Source: Carpediemonas membranifera BICM
Taxonomy: Eukaryota; Protista; Fornicata
Reading direction: 5' to 3'
DNA: 61,895 nt
Assembly: GCA_019828565.1 (NCBI GenBank)
Contig: JAHDYR010000005.1
Location: 1,253,942 to 1,315,836, forward strand
This document shows, piece by piece, positions 12,601 through 22,391 of the stretch. Numbering within the stretch: position 1 is the stretch's first letter; each line of letters starts with the position of its first letter. The notes below the pieces were generated by a model. The model saw only the letters and a program-made list of their open reading frames with translations, was not told where the DNA came from and ran no database searches. The position numbers were made by a program, and so were the translations under genes.

Positions 12601-13421
12601 CGTGGGATGGACCAGCTCTACGGCAAGCCCGTGACTGGCCTTCAGCGCACCCTAACAAAAATCTCTCGCGCCCATGCAGCAGCCGTCGCCCCGATCGTGG
12701 AGTCGACCCCGGTGACCCCGATTCTCGCGGCCGAAGCCGCCCTGTCCCCCTCTCCTATGCGACGCCGATCCGTGGCGACCTTTTCACCACCATGGTGAGG
12801 TCACACCTCGGCGCACCACCGTTCGAGACGGACTCAACCGTCCGCTGCCCGCTCTGCGGTAACTCGAATGTGTCGTGGCAGCACACGTTGTCCTGTCCTA
12901 AGCTCCTGGAGGGTGCCAGGACCATGCGTCATGACCTAGTTCGTGACTGCGTGCGCTCCTTCCTGTGGAGTAACGACGTGCTTGCCCGCAAGGAGTTCGC
13001 CTTGAACAGTCGCACCCGCGGCTACTCGGCCGACCCAGCCTACCAGAGTAACGCTCGCGCCGACGTCTATGTCCCGCTGCGTCGCTCTCCCACGGGCAGG
13101 GTCGCCAACGAGCCCATCATCATCGACGTGGTGATCTCGAAGGATCAGGCCAACGCCGAGTCAGACAAGTCCGCGCAGTACCACAACTGGTCAGCCGAGC
13201 TACTGACGGCCGCCTGCGAGATCACTGGCGAAGCGTGCAGTGATGACCAGGGCGAGTCCTGGTGTGTGAGATTGTGTAAGATGGTCGGCCTGAGTGTGGG
13301 GGCCGGCCGCTTCCTGGAGCAGGAAGTGATGCGCTGCATCTGGAACGGCAACGTCCAGATCTACTCGGATTACGTCACGCAGTTCGAGCGGGCCACAGCG
13401 CAGGACTGGCTGCGGGAATAA
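9632..13421 (+). CDS. Non-LTR polyprotein: N-terminal region, reverse transcriptase, CCHC finger, restriction-like endonuclease (probably one ORF, broken by 1-bp indels)
   Basis: SAPGPSG, RLVPLPKPGKPDEVRPIAMGEALRR, QYG, DLSNAY, GIAQGDPLSPILF, AYQDD, CPLC-x8-HTLSC, RHD, RADVY, IIIDV, K..Y. Confidence 0.9.
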
Positions 13422-13606
13422 TTTGTGCTGGAATCTCATCTCGCGTGTGGAAAGGCCGAGGGGGCCGGCGACGAGGCTGCGGGAGCAGCCGGAGGAGCCG
13501 AACAAGGGATGCCCACAGGTGACACATCTAAGTCGACACAGGCGCGGGAATACAGGCGCGAACGTCTCTGGACGCAGCGTGAAAGGAGGTTTTCGACCTA
13601 TTAAAC
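9642..13606 (+). mobile_element. CRE-like non-LTR retrotransposon copy 2 (full length, about 3.97 kb)
   Basis: Flanked on both sides by GGCGATGGTAGTCT (9628-9641 and 13607-13620). Encodes RT and RLE. Confidence 0.92.
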
Positions 13607-13610
13607 GGCG

Positions 13611-16600
13611 ATGGTAGTCTCAGTCTTTGTCAGCAAAGAAGTCGTGGAGCGGCTTCTGAGCGGGACTGAAGGAACTATCCAGCTCGAAGATCCTGTTTCC
13701 CAGATCTTCGACGCCGTGCGCATTCTGTTTGGTAAGCATGTACCAAAAATCTCTCTTTGCCGAACACTGGTCCTCGTACCAGAAAGTCCGCCGCCTCTTT
13801 AACGATGTAGAGCTTGTGAAAAAGCTGTTCATTCAAGATAGAGGACGTCCCGAGCGCTTCACCAAGAGAGTCTCCGAAGAACTCATTGCCACTGTGAGTC
13901 CGCTCTTCCCAGTGATCCAGAGGCCCTCAAACCGAGACTTCAAGCAGAGATTACACCAAGTACTAAGCTCAATCCAGTTGATCAGGAACCTACCGCCGCA
14001 TCCCGTCCAATTCCTGATGCACCGAATGGACTCGCGAATCCGTATAGACACAGAGGGCCGTGACCATACACTATCCCTAGGCCGCCGCAGGGCTCTACTA
14101 GAGCAACTACGGGCGGCGGGATGCCCACGGCTCTCCACCATCGATGAGATTGACAACGGACCCGTTGCGTCAGCCCAACAAACATCAGGAACGCAAATCG
14201 AGAGGGAGGAGATGATGATCGCGGAGCTTATACCCCCGATAAGTCCACCTCTCGGCTCAGGACCACCCACCCCCGCCCAGTCACAGGAGACAGGCATCGT
14301 GCCTAGACCCAACAACAGCGAGGAGACCAGTCGGCCCACGAATGTCCAGCCTAGACATAACGGGGCACCCGCTCCCATGCCTGGCGGCCAAAGCGTGGCT
14401 GACACCAACCACCGGGGGATGGACGTACCAACGGTCCGAGTGAACCAGGCTATCGCAGCCTTCGCTCGTGACCTACGGGACGCCATCCACCCGGACCTGC
14501 GGGAAGAGCTCTGGCGTGATGCCGACACAGTCCGCCAGACGCTTCTCTCGCCCCCCGCGCTCGAGCGAGCCATGGGGACGGAGCGCAGGAGGCACCTCAC
14601 GAAGGCGCAAGCCATCGAGATTGAGACGTGTCTCCTGCGTGCCGCAGGCGGCCTAACCCTGCCCCCCCACTTCTCGCGCCGGTTCCCGTCGAACGGGATT
14701 GTGGCCAAACATGGCTCACGCCGTGTTGCGGCCGCAGCGCACATCGCTCTGGGGCTGCCGCTCCCTGCTATATTGGCGCACCCTGCAACACAGGCCACCA
14801 ACAATAGGCAGACCCGAGCGCCTACAAGACCTCTTGGGTTCCTTCCAGACCCCGCCGACGTGGCTCGCATCGGCCGCAGCCGACCGACGCGGAGGGAACC
14901 AAGGGTTATGTCCGTGCCCTCATCGAAAGGTCACCGCCTGCGCGGCAGCCAGAGATGAGGACAAGCGCGATCGTCTCATCGACGTGATGCTGCACCCACA
15001 AACAGCACTTCGCCCCCGGAGGACCCGCCATAATCAGGTGGAAAGCACGTCGAGAAGCCGACTCGCCTACCAGCACGCCAGACGAGGGTACTACAGCAAG
15101 TCCATGAGTGCCCTGGTCTCGGAAGAACTGCAGATGACCCCAGCCGAAGCAGAGGAGAAGATGGTTCGGATGCAAGCTGACCCCTTCCAAGGCAGTCTTG
15201 ATGACCTCCCAATCCGCCATCCCCTCGCCCCGCTCACCTCGGTAGAGTTCGAAACTCGGGACATCATCGATGTCCTGAGCAGTCTTCCGGCCGACTCGGC
15301 TCCCGGTCCGTCGGGCATGAGCTTCCTCCACTTGAAGCTCGCCGCTAGACACAAGCCAGAAGCCTTCGCCCTTGCCCTGAAGCCACTACTTGTCGATGTG
15401 GCCGAAGGCGTCCCGTACACAAACGTTCTGGCCCACTCCCGCCTCGTCCCACTGCCCAAGCCTGGCAAACCCGACGAGGTCCGGCCCATCGCCATGGGAG
15501 AGGCCCTTCGTCGAGTAGCAGCCAAGCTACTAGCCAAGGCGGTTACCGCGTCCCTCGCGGATGACCCTCTCCTCGATGATCAGTACGGGCGGGGTGAGTC
15601 GTGCGGCACAGAAGTTATGGGTCTGCGCCTGCAAGAAGCGTATTCCCGTGGCCAAAGCATCTGCGCCGTTGATCTCAGCAATGCGTACGGCACCATGCCC
15701 CGCAAACTGTTGAGGTCCACAGCCGCCGCGGCCTGCCCTGTTGCGATCCCGTACTTTGACGCCGTATATGGCAATGGAAGGCTGGTTCTGCCGTCCGGCC
15801 GCGTCGTCGAGTCCCTAGAGGGCATCGCTCAAGGAGACCCACTGTCCCCCATTCTCTTCACGCTGGCCATGCGGCCAATCATCGACACGCTGAAGACGAA
15901 ATGGGGCGGCGAGTGGGTTGCCTACCAGGACGACGTCACATGGATTGCCCCCCGGGGACGACTAGCGGCGCCATCCAGGGCTTTTTCGATGGAGCTTGTG
16001 AAGCTTTCCGACAAATTGGCGTAACAATGAAACCGGCTAAATGCCAGTGGATTTGTGCATCCGCGCCGCAGAATGCACGTACTGTTCGCGTTACGTGCTC
16101 GCCAACTGGAGTAATCGTGGGAATTCCCATTGGCGGCATCGAAGCGGAACGGATGCAGCTCATGACGAAGCTAGACGAGCAGAAACAGATGTTGCTTAGT
16201 GTGGTGTCGATGGTTGAAGACATTGGAACGGATGGGACGTCCGTTGCTCTGAATCTTATCCGTTCGTGTATTCTGCCGAAGCTTTCATTTTTGATGAGAT
16301 CTGTCGATCCAGCCCAACACCGTGAGACCATACGAAACTTCGAGTCCAACGTCCTGACGCCGGCGATTGCGAGAATTCTTCTCCTAGACCCTGAGAAGTA
16401 CAACTCACTCCGGCTCGGCCTCGATTTCTCCGATAACGGCCTCCGCCTGCCCACCCCGAGCATGACCTGGGACGCAGCTTACCTAGCCGCAACCGCCCAA
16501 CTGCACGATGTGGGCTGGGACAGAACCCCCGACGAATCAACCTTCGCCGCCATCGACACCTCCATCGACTGGCCTCGTGGGATGGACCAGCTCTACGGCA

Positions 16601-17396
16601 AGCCCGTGACTGGCCTTCAGCGCACCCTAACAAAAATCTCTCGCGCCCATGCAGCAGCCGTCGCCCCGATCGTGGAGTCGACCCCGGTGACCCCGATTCT
16701 CGCGGCCGAAGCCGCCCTGTCCCCCTCTCCTATGCGACGCCGATCCGTGGCGACCTTTTCACCACCATGGTGAGGTCACACCTCGGCGCACCACCGTTCG
16801 AGACGGACTCAACCGTCCGCTGCCCGCTCTGCGGTAACTCGAATGTGTCGTGGCAGCACACGTTGTCCTGTCCTAAGCTCCTGGAGGGTGCCAGGACCAT
16901 GCGTCATGACCTAGTTCGTGACTGCGTGCGCTCCTTCCTGTGGAGTAACGACGTGCTTGCCCGCAAGGAGTTCGCCTTGAACAGTCGCACCCGCGGCTAC
17001 TCGGCCGACCCAGCCTACCAGAGTAACGCTCGCGCCGACGTCTATGTCCCGCTGCGTCGCTCTCCCACGGGCAGGGTCGCCAACGAGCCCATCATCATCG
17101 ACGTGGTGATCTCGAAGGATCAGGCCAACGCCGAGTCAGACAAGTCCGCGCAGTACCACAACTGGTCAGCCGAGCTACTGACGGCCGCCTGCGAGATCAC
17201 TGGCGAAGCGTGCAGTGATGACCAGGGCGAGTCCTGGTGTGTGAGATTGTGTAAGATGGTCGGCCTGAGTGTGGGGGCCGGCCGCTTCCTGGAGCAGGAA
17301 GTGATGCGCTGCATCTGGAACGGCAACGTCCAGATCTACTCGGATTACGTCACGCAGTTCGAGCGGGCCACAGCGCAGGACTGGCTGCGGGAATAA
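13611..17396 (+). CDS. Non-LTR polyprotein (RT and RLE), copy 3, frameshifted
   Basis: Same motifs as copy 2. Several indels differ between the copies. Confidence 0.9.
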
Positions 17397-17581
17397 TTTG
17401 TGCTGGAATCTCATCTCGCGTGTGGAAAGGCCGAGGGGGCCGGCGACGAGGCTGCGGGAGCAGCCGGAGGAGCCGAACAAGGGATGCCCACAGGTGACAC
17501 ATCTAAGTCGACACAGGCGCGGGAATACAGGCGCGAACGTCTCTGGACGCAGCGTGAAAGGAGGTTTTCGACCTATTAAAC
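13621..17581 (+). mobile_element. CRE-like non-LTR retrotransposon copy 3 (full length), directly abutting tRNA-His
   Basis: Near-identical to copy 2. Its 3' end ...CGACCTATTAAAC runs straight into the tRNA gene. Confidence 0.92.
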
Positions 17582-17582
17582 G

Positions 17583-17654
17583 GCGATGGTAGTCTAGGCG
17601 GTAGGACACGAGATTGTGGCTCTCGAGACCCGAGTTCGAGTCTCGGCCGTCGCA
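17583..17654 (+). tRNA. trnH-GUG: tRNA-His (GUG)
   Basis: Cloverleaf: acceptor GCGATGG/CCGTCGC, D stem GTCT/GGAC, anticodon stem CGAGA/TCTCG with loop TT-GTG-GC (17616-17618), T stem CCGAG/CTCGG with loop TTCGAGT. Followed by CCA and a T5 run. Confidence 0.95.
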
Positions 17655-17658
17655 CCAG

Positions 17659-17663
17659 TTTTT
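17659..17663 (+). terminator. RNA polymerase III terminator (T5)
   Basis: TTTTT directly after the tRNA-His 3' end. Confidence 0.7.
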
Positions 17664-18166
17664 AACCGCCGGGGAAGCCAGCCATATTTGCCAGCTAGCT
17701 AGAGTATCCTAGCATCCTAACTCATATCCAAATGGGGGGGGGAATAATATTTACTCGGATTTCCTGTCTCTCCGCGTAAATATTCAGCGTCTTCTTTCGT
17801 TTCCCGCGTTCCTCGCGAGACGAGGCAGGTCCGTCGTTCGGGACCCTCTGCCTTGGGCGTGCCCGTGTCTTCTTCGGGCATCTTTCGAATTCTGCCATAT
17901 CCTGCACATCTGGTCGAATCAATCCAACGATCAATAGTCTCCGGCCCGCGCTCCCCGCGGGACCCTCCGACCCTCAGCACCCCGGGTGCCCTGGTCGAGT
18001 GCTGCTCGCTAGAGTATCCTAGCATCCTAACTCATATCCAAATGGGAAACCGACCAATCCCGTCCTCCTCAGGGAGTTAGCTGCACTATGCAAGCTTCTG
18101 TGCCAGCGGCTCCTTGCCGCCTCGGCTCACCGGACGTCGCCATGACGATCCTCGGTGCGATGGTGT

Positions 18167-19050
18167 TTAATGGGATGAGAACAGTGTCTCAGCAGTTTTT
18201 CTTAACTGCGACGGATGATTTCTGATGGCCTCGCCGATGTAGGGGCGGAGTGAGTTGCCATTGGCCCATGTGCCCAGCTGTAGCAGGGTCTCGAGGGGTG
18301 TCCCGGCGAGGGCTAACTCGGAGGCGGCCCCCTTGCGGAAGCTGTGGAGGCCAACGCGGTCGTCGTTGAACGTCCTCCGGAGCTCATCTCGCATGTACCG
18401 CATGGAGGCCGCCTTCCGTCGGCTGATTGTACGGTCGGAGGTGATGACTCTCCAGATGCCGACATCTGGCGGCAAGCGGAGGCCGAGAACCCATCTCTTC
18501 AGCGCGAATGCGGGGTTGAAGGGACCCAGTAAGACGTTCGGCAGGGATTTTGACACCTTAGTCTGAGTCTTGGTCTGGCCGATGAGGAGTTGGACGTCTC
18601 CGTTGGCTTTGAAGACGATGTCGTGAGGAGTGAGGCGGAATATCTCTGCCCCACGGCTGACTGTTAGGTATGCGATCGCGGCGAACAGGGTCGCCTGGTA
18701 AGCCGAGACGCTGTCGTTCCGACGAGTGATTGCGCGCAGCATGTCCTCCTTGAGTATGGGCGCCGAGCCACCTGTCATGCCGTCCGTCGAGGCGTGGGCG
18801 GCGATGCCGCGTCGAATCTGAGAGCAGTAAGGACTGGGAAGCCAGTCGGAGAACAGGGGCGCGGCTCGCTCTATCCAGTAGCCCTTGCGCTCTACAGTGG
18901 CTGGGGCGTTATGCTCTGCCTCCTCCTCGAGGAAGGCTCGGTATACTTCGGTGTCGTCTAAGTCCTGGCCTCGAAACTCTATAAAAGCGGTGATCCAGCC
19001 GGCTACTGCTCGGCGCGTCTCGTGTCTGCGCATGTGAGCGAGTATTGGGT
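18167..19050 (-). CDS. Tyrosine recombinase of DIRS-1 (3' part of ORF 18167-20248; start approximate)
   Basis: TVSRGAEIFRL (R), GQTKT (K), HSFRKGAA (HxxR), LGTW, LRPY (Y). Confidence 0.9.
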
Positions 19051-20910
19051 GGTTGACAATGCTGGTGAACAGGTCTGGAAGGCGAGGGCCATGAAGCGGA
19101 TATTCCCGTTCGGCTTGGCCAGGCGCTCTACGAGAGGGAGGTTGTCGGACGCGAAGTCGCTCCTGGGGATGGAGAAGGCGATCTTGCAAGTTGCCTGTGA
19201 TTTGAGGAGTCGGAGCTCGGGCGATGTGATGTCTGGGACGACGAGGAAGACGGCTGAGGTCCAGGTTGACGGAGGGGATGTAGTCCGGGTCGCGAGGATC
19301 GAATTCAGGACTCGACAGACCCGACCCAGTATCATCGGCGACGGGGGTGGTGCCGCATAGATCCGGTGTCCGCGCCAGTCCCGGTCCATCCCGTCTTGCC
19401 AGGAGGTGGAAGCGAACCCTGGGAGGAGTAGACTGTGGTCTGGGTATGGAGTTACGTCTACGTCCACCGGACCCCAGCTGGACAGGATCTGCTCGAGGAC
19501 GTGGGGTGGTGTGAGCAACCCCCGAGATAGGCGGTCTGCAGCTAGATTGAGATGACCTGGAGTGTGATGGGCGCTGATGAGCAGTCTCTTCGCGCTCATC
19601 TCGCGGTAAAGGGAGTGGAGGATCTGCAGGGCCATTGGCGGAGCCTTCGAGCTGCCCTCCTTGTTGATCCAAGCGACACACGTGGTGTTGTCGGAATACA
19701 CGGACAGGCGTCTCGTCTGAGGCTGTGTTGGCACCAGGCGCGAGCCGAAGAGTACGGCTGCCAACTCCTTCACATTGATTGACTGATTGGCTAGCGCGCC
19801 ATTGAAGGAGCCGTGGCTGCTCTGCGTGGTGGCTGCCCACTGGGCGCCCCAGCCCGAGCCTGAGGCGTCGGTTGATATGACCAGCTCGAGGGTCTGGTCG
19901 TTCTGCCACATGTTCTTCAGCTCCACGAAGGGGCGGCTTGGACGGCTGGACAACAGCTCTTGCCATTCTCGAAGTTCTGAGGCGTAGGGTGTGATGTCGA
20001 TCCAGTCCGAGGGAGCCCTTGGCAGTGACCGGAGCTTTAGTGTGGCTCTGTGGGCGGATGTCGCGAAAAAGGACAGCTTGCCGACCAGCTTCGCCCAGTC
20101 CTCCGCCTTCATGCGGCGTTGAGCGAGGGCTTCGGTAATGCACGCTTGGTATTTCTCCGCCTTGTCGACTGGAAGGCGAAGGGTCTGGTCTGCCGAGTTC
20201 AGAAGCAGACCAAGGAACTCGATGCACTGGCAAGGAACCAGAATGCATTTCTCTAGAGATGGTATTAGTCCGAGGGCGTCCAGAGTTTGCATGGCCCGTG
20301 GTAGCTCTGCTTTGAGGTGGGCCTGGCTCTCGGCGGAAAGAAGAAAGTCGTCTAGGTATACGTTGACTGTCACGTGGTGCCGCAGGGCGATTATCTTCGC
20401 TGCCTGGATCATGGTGGACTGGAAAAGAAGGGTGCCGCCGTCCACCCGAATCCGAGGGTGCGGTAGCGAAATGCTCGCCCGTCTGGAAGTACGATCCCCA
20501 GGAGAGGCTTGTCGCTGTCCTTGATGCCGAGCTGAGAATATCCAGACCGGAGGTCTATCTTGGCCATCCAGGCATTCTTGCTGAGCGTGTTGATGGCCCG
20601 TCTGATGCCGAAGAGTCGGAAGGAGCGACGTTCTTTCGAGACGCGGTTGAGACGCGTGAGGTTGTGTATTACACGAATGTCCTGCCCCTTGGCCACGGCG
20701 AACAGAGGGGCGCTGCGGCGAAGTTCTGAAAGTCGTGTCGGCTCGATGATACCATCTTCCTGCATCTTGGAGAGTTTGGGTAAGATACGCGGGTCGATCG
20801 AGTTTTGTGGACGCGCCGGAGGGGGAGGATGCGTGAGCTCGACCGGGATCCCTTCTCTGATCCAGCCCACGACTTGCTGAGAGGCCTTGAATCTTTCCCA
20901 CACCCACCAT
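19003..20910 (-). CDS. DIRS-1 reverse transcriptase, RNase H and methyltransferase-like domain (one frameshift near 20420)
   Basis: KIDLRSGYSQL, LGFGWTAAP, VYLDDFLL, EFLGLL, STDASGSGWG, INVKEL, YSDN, NLAADRLSR. Then WGPVDVD..RDW..IYAAPPP..FLVVP (MT-like). Confidence 0.9.
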   Translation of the reverse strand: MVGVGKIQGLSASRGLDQRRDPGRAHASSPSGASTKLDRPAYLTQTLQDAGRWYHRADTTFRTSPQRPSVRRGQGAGHSCNTQPHASQPRLERTSLLPTLRHQTGHQHAQQECLDGQDRPPVWIFSARHQGQRQASPGDRTSRRASISLPHPRIRVDGGTLLFQSTMIQAAKIIALRHHVTVNVYLDDFLLSAESQAHLKAELPRAMQTLDALGLIPSLEKCILVPCQCIEFLGLLLNSADQTLRLPVDKAEKYQACITEALAQRRMKAEDWAKLVGKLSFFATSAHRATLKLRSLPRAPSDWIDITPYASELREWQELLSSRPSRPFVELKNMWQNDQTLELVISTDASGSGWGAQWAATTQSSHGSFNGALANQSINVKELAAVLFGSRLVPTQPQTRRLSVYSDNTTCVAWINKEGSSKAPPMALQILHSLYREMSAKRLLISAHHTPGHLNLAADRLSRGLLTPPHVLEQILSSWGPVDVDVTPYPDHSLLLPGFASTSWQDGMDRDWRGHRIYAAPPPSPMILGRVCRVLNSILATRTTSPPSTWTSAVFLVVPDITSPELRLLKSQATCKIAFSIPRSDFASDNLPLVERLAKPNGNIRFMALAFQTCSPALSTTQYSLTCADTRRAEQ

Positions 20911-20932
20911 CGCTTTTGAGTGGAGGGAAAGG

Positions 20933-21418
20933 CTAGGACCTCGAGCGGCGGCCGTTGTGGCCGCCCTCCGGTTGAAAATTACGCCTCTTGCGCTTACCTT
21001 TCATCTTGGCGCGGGCTATGATGGCGTCGATGTCTAGCTCTGACTCAATGACGGATGCCTTGAGGGCAGCAGCTGCATAGTCGGTTGCCGCGTCATCGTA
21101 ATCGTCCTTGAGGAGCAGTAGCTTATAGCGGCCGAGGAGTCGGAGGCGAAGTGTGTTGGCATCGAGCATGTCGGTGGCGATGTCCCTTAGAAGCTCTTTG
21201 ATGAATCTGGCTTCATCGCGGGGACCAAAGCGTTGCGGAAGTTCTAAATCGGCGAGCGTGTTGAGGAATGAGCGGTTTCTTGCATTGACTGGCTCGTCGT
21301 AATCGGGCCCCTGCGCGATGTTCGCTTCAACCGAAGCTAAACGGCCAGAAAGCTCGCCTAGAACCCTTAGTATCTCCTCTTGTTGCGGATTGGGCGTGCC
21401 CGTGTCTTCTTCGGGCAT
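20933..21418 (-). CDS. DIRS-1 ORF1 (gag-like)
   Basis: ATG (MPEEDTG) lies inside repeat A1. Helical ORF with a basic C-terminus, upstream of RT. Confidence 0.7.
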   Translation of the reverse strand: MPEEDTGTPNPQQEEILRVLGELSGRLASVEANIAQGPDYDEPVNARNRSFLNTLADLELPQRFGPRDEARFIKELLRDIATDMLDANTLRLRLLGRYKLLLLKDDYDDAATDYAAAALKASVIESELDIDAIIARAKMKGKRKRRNFQPEGGHNGRRSRS

Positions 21419-21546
21419 CTTTCGAATTCTGCCATATCCTGCACATCTGGTCGAATCAATCCAACGATCAATAGTCTCCGGCCCGCGCTCCCCGCGGGAC
21501 CCTCCGACCCTCAGCACCCCGGGTGCCCTGGTCGAGTGCTGCTCGA

Positions 21547-21727
21547 CTAGGCTAGCCACCTAACTCATACGCCCAAAGGGGGGGGTAAAGGATTTATTCT
21601 TCTCGGGCTCCTTTAGGCCCGATGTGCCTTCGGGCATTCGAAATTCTGATGCCATAAACTGCACGTTTCCGTGCGCCCTCTCGGGCGTCTCAGCACCCCG
21701 GGTGCCAATGGGCTCGAGTGGTACTCG
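21547..21727 (-). mobile_element. Solo A-spacer-B terminal unit of a DIRS-1 relative
   Basis: Shares CTCAGCACCCCGGGTGCC, TTCGGGCAT and CCTAACTCATA..CCAAA-G-run with the DIRS-1 termini. No ORF. Confidence 0.65.
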
Positions 21728-22391
21728 ATTTTGCTGGCCCGACTCGCGGGCCACCTGACCCTCTACACTCTGTAGATCCAACGGGGAAAGAATATTTACG
21801 CAAGAAACCCCTGTTTCGCCGCGTCAATATTCGAAGACTTACGCGCCTTCGGCTCCTAAGTAAGTCTTGGGTTTCCCTCGCGTACCGACGAGGGACGCTC
21901 TCCCGAGTGCGTTCTTACAGCCACCGGCTGCGAATCGTTCGTCATCTGGCCGCATAAACTGCGCCGACCAATCTTGACCAATGACGCGGGCATCCGGCGA
22001 TTGCCGGCCTCGCCCACGTCCCGTCGCCCTTGCGACAATGAGCTGGGGTACTACCCGCCCGACTCGCGGGCCACCTGACCCTCTACACTCTGTAGATCCA
22101 ACGGGGTTGTCCCGCCGGCCGAGGAGATATCATTAACTCCTAGCTGTCACCTCCCGTGAGGTCGCAACAGCCTGCACCATAAACATCCCATCGAATGTTT
22201 ACAGTGGCTTGCCCAAAAGAGACCTGGCGATGTCTCTCTGGACCGCGGGGTGCTGGCGGTGTGGTGGTCATAGACCACACTAATCATTTATACAGTTTAA
22301 GCCATTTATTGGCACAAGGGTTTTCTCTTCTTCTTTCCCTGTAAAAGCATTCTCCGCATTAGCGAGGCACATTAACGTTAATTCCCCTCAA

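Larger units (their letters stand above)
17698..21545 (-). mobile_element. DIRS-1: complete tyrosine-recombinase retrotransposon with split direct repeats (PAT-like)
   Basis: A repeats at 21390-21545 and 17853-18008 (156 bp). B repeats at 18008-18046 and 17698-17736 (39 bp). Order on the minus strand is A1-gag-RT/RH/MT-YR-B1-A2-spacer-B2. Confidence 0.92.

Noticed and set aside
13833-14870. Long antisense ORFs over retroelement genes (also 10301-10924, 45408-46106, 49883-50602)
   Set aside because: They are shadow ORFs of GC-rich coding sequence with no motifs.
9632-17396. Programmed frameshifts or a multi-ORF structure in the non-LTR element
   Set aside because: Most breaks lie in homopolymers and differ between near-identical copies, which fits sequencing error or decay. 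The break after YQDD (C6G4) is shared by both copies but is also a homopolymer and needs checking in reads.
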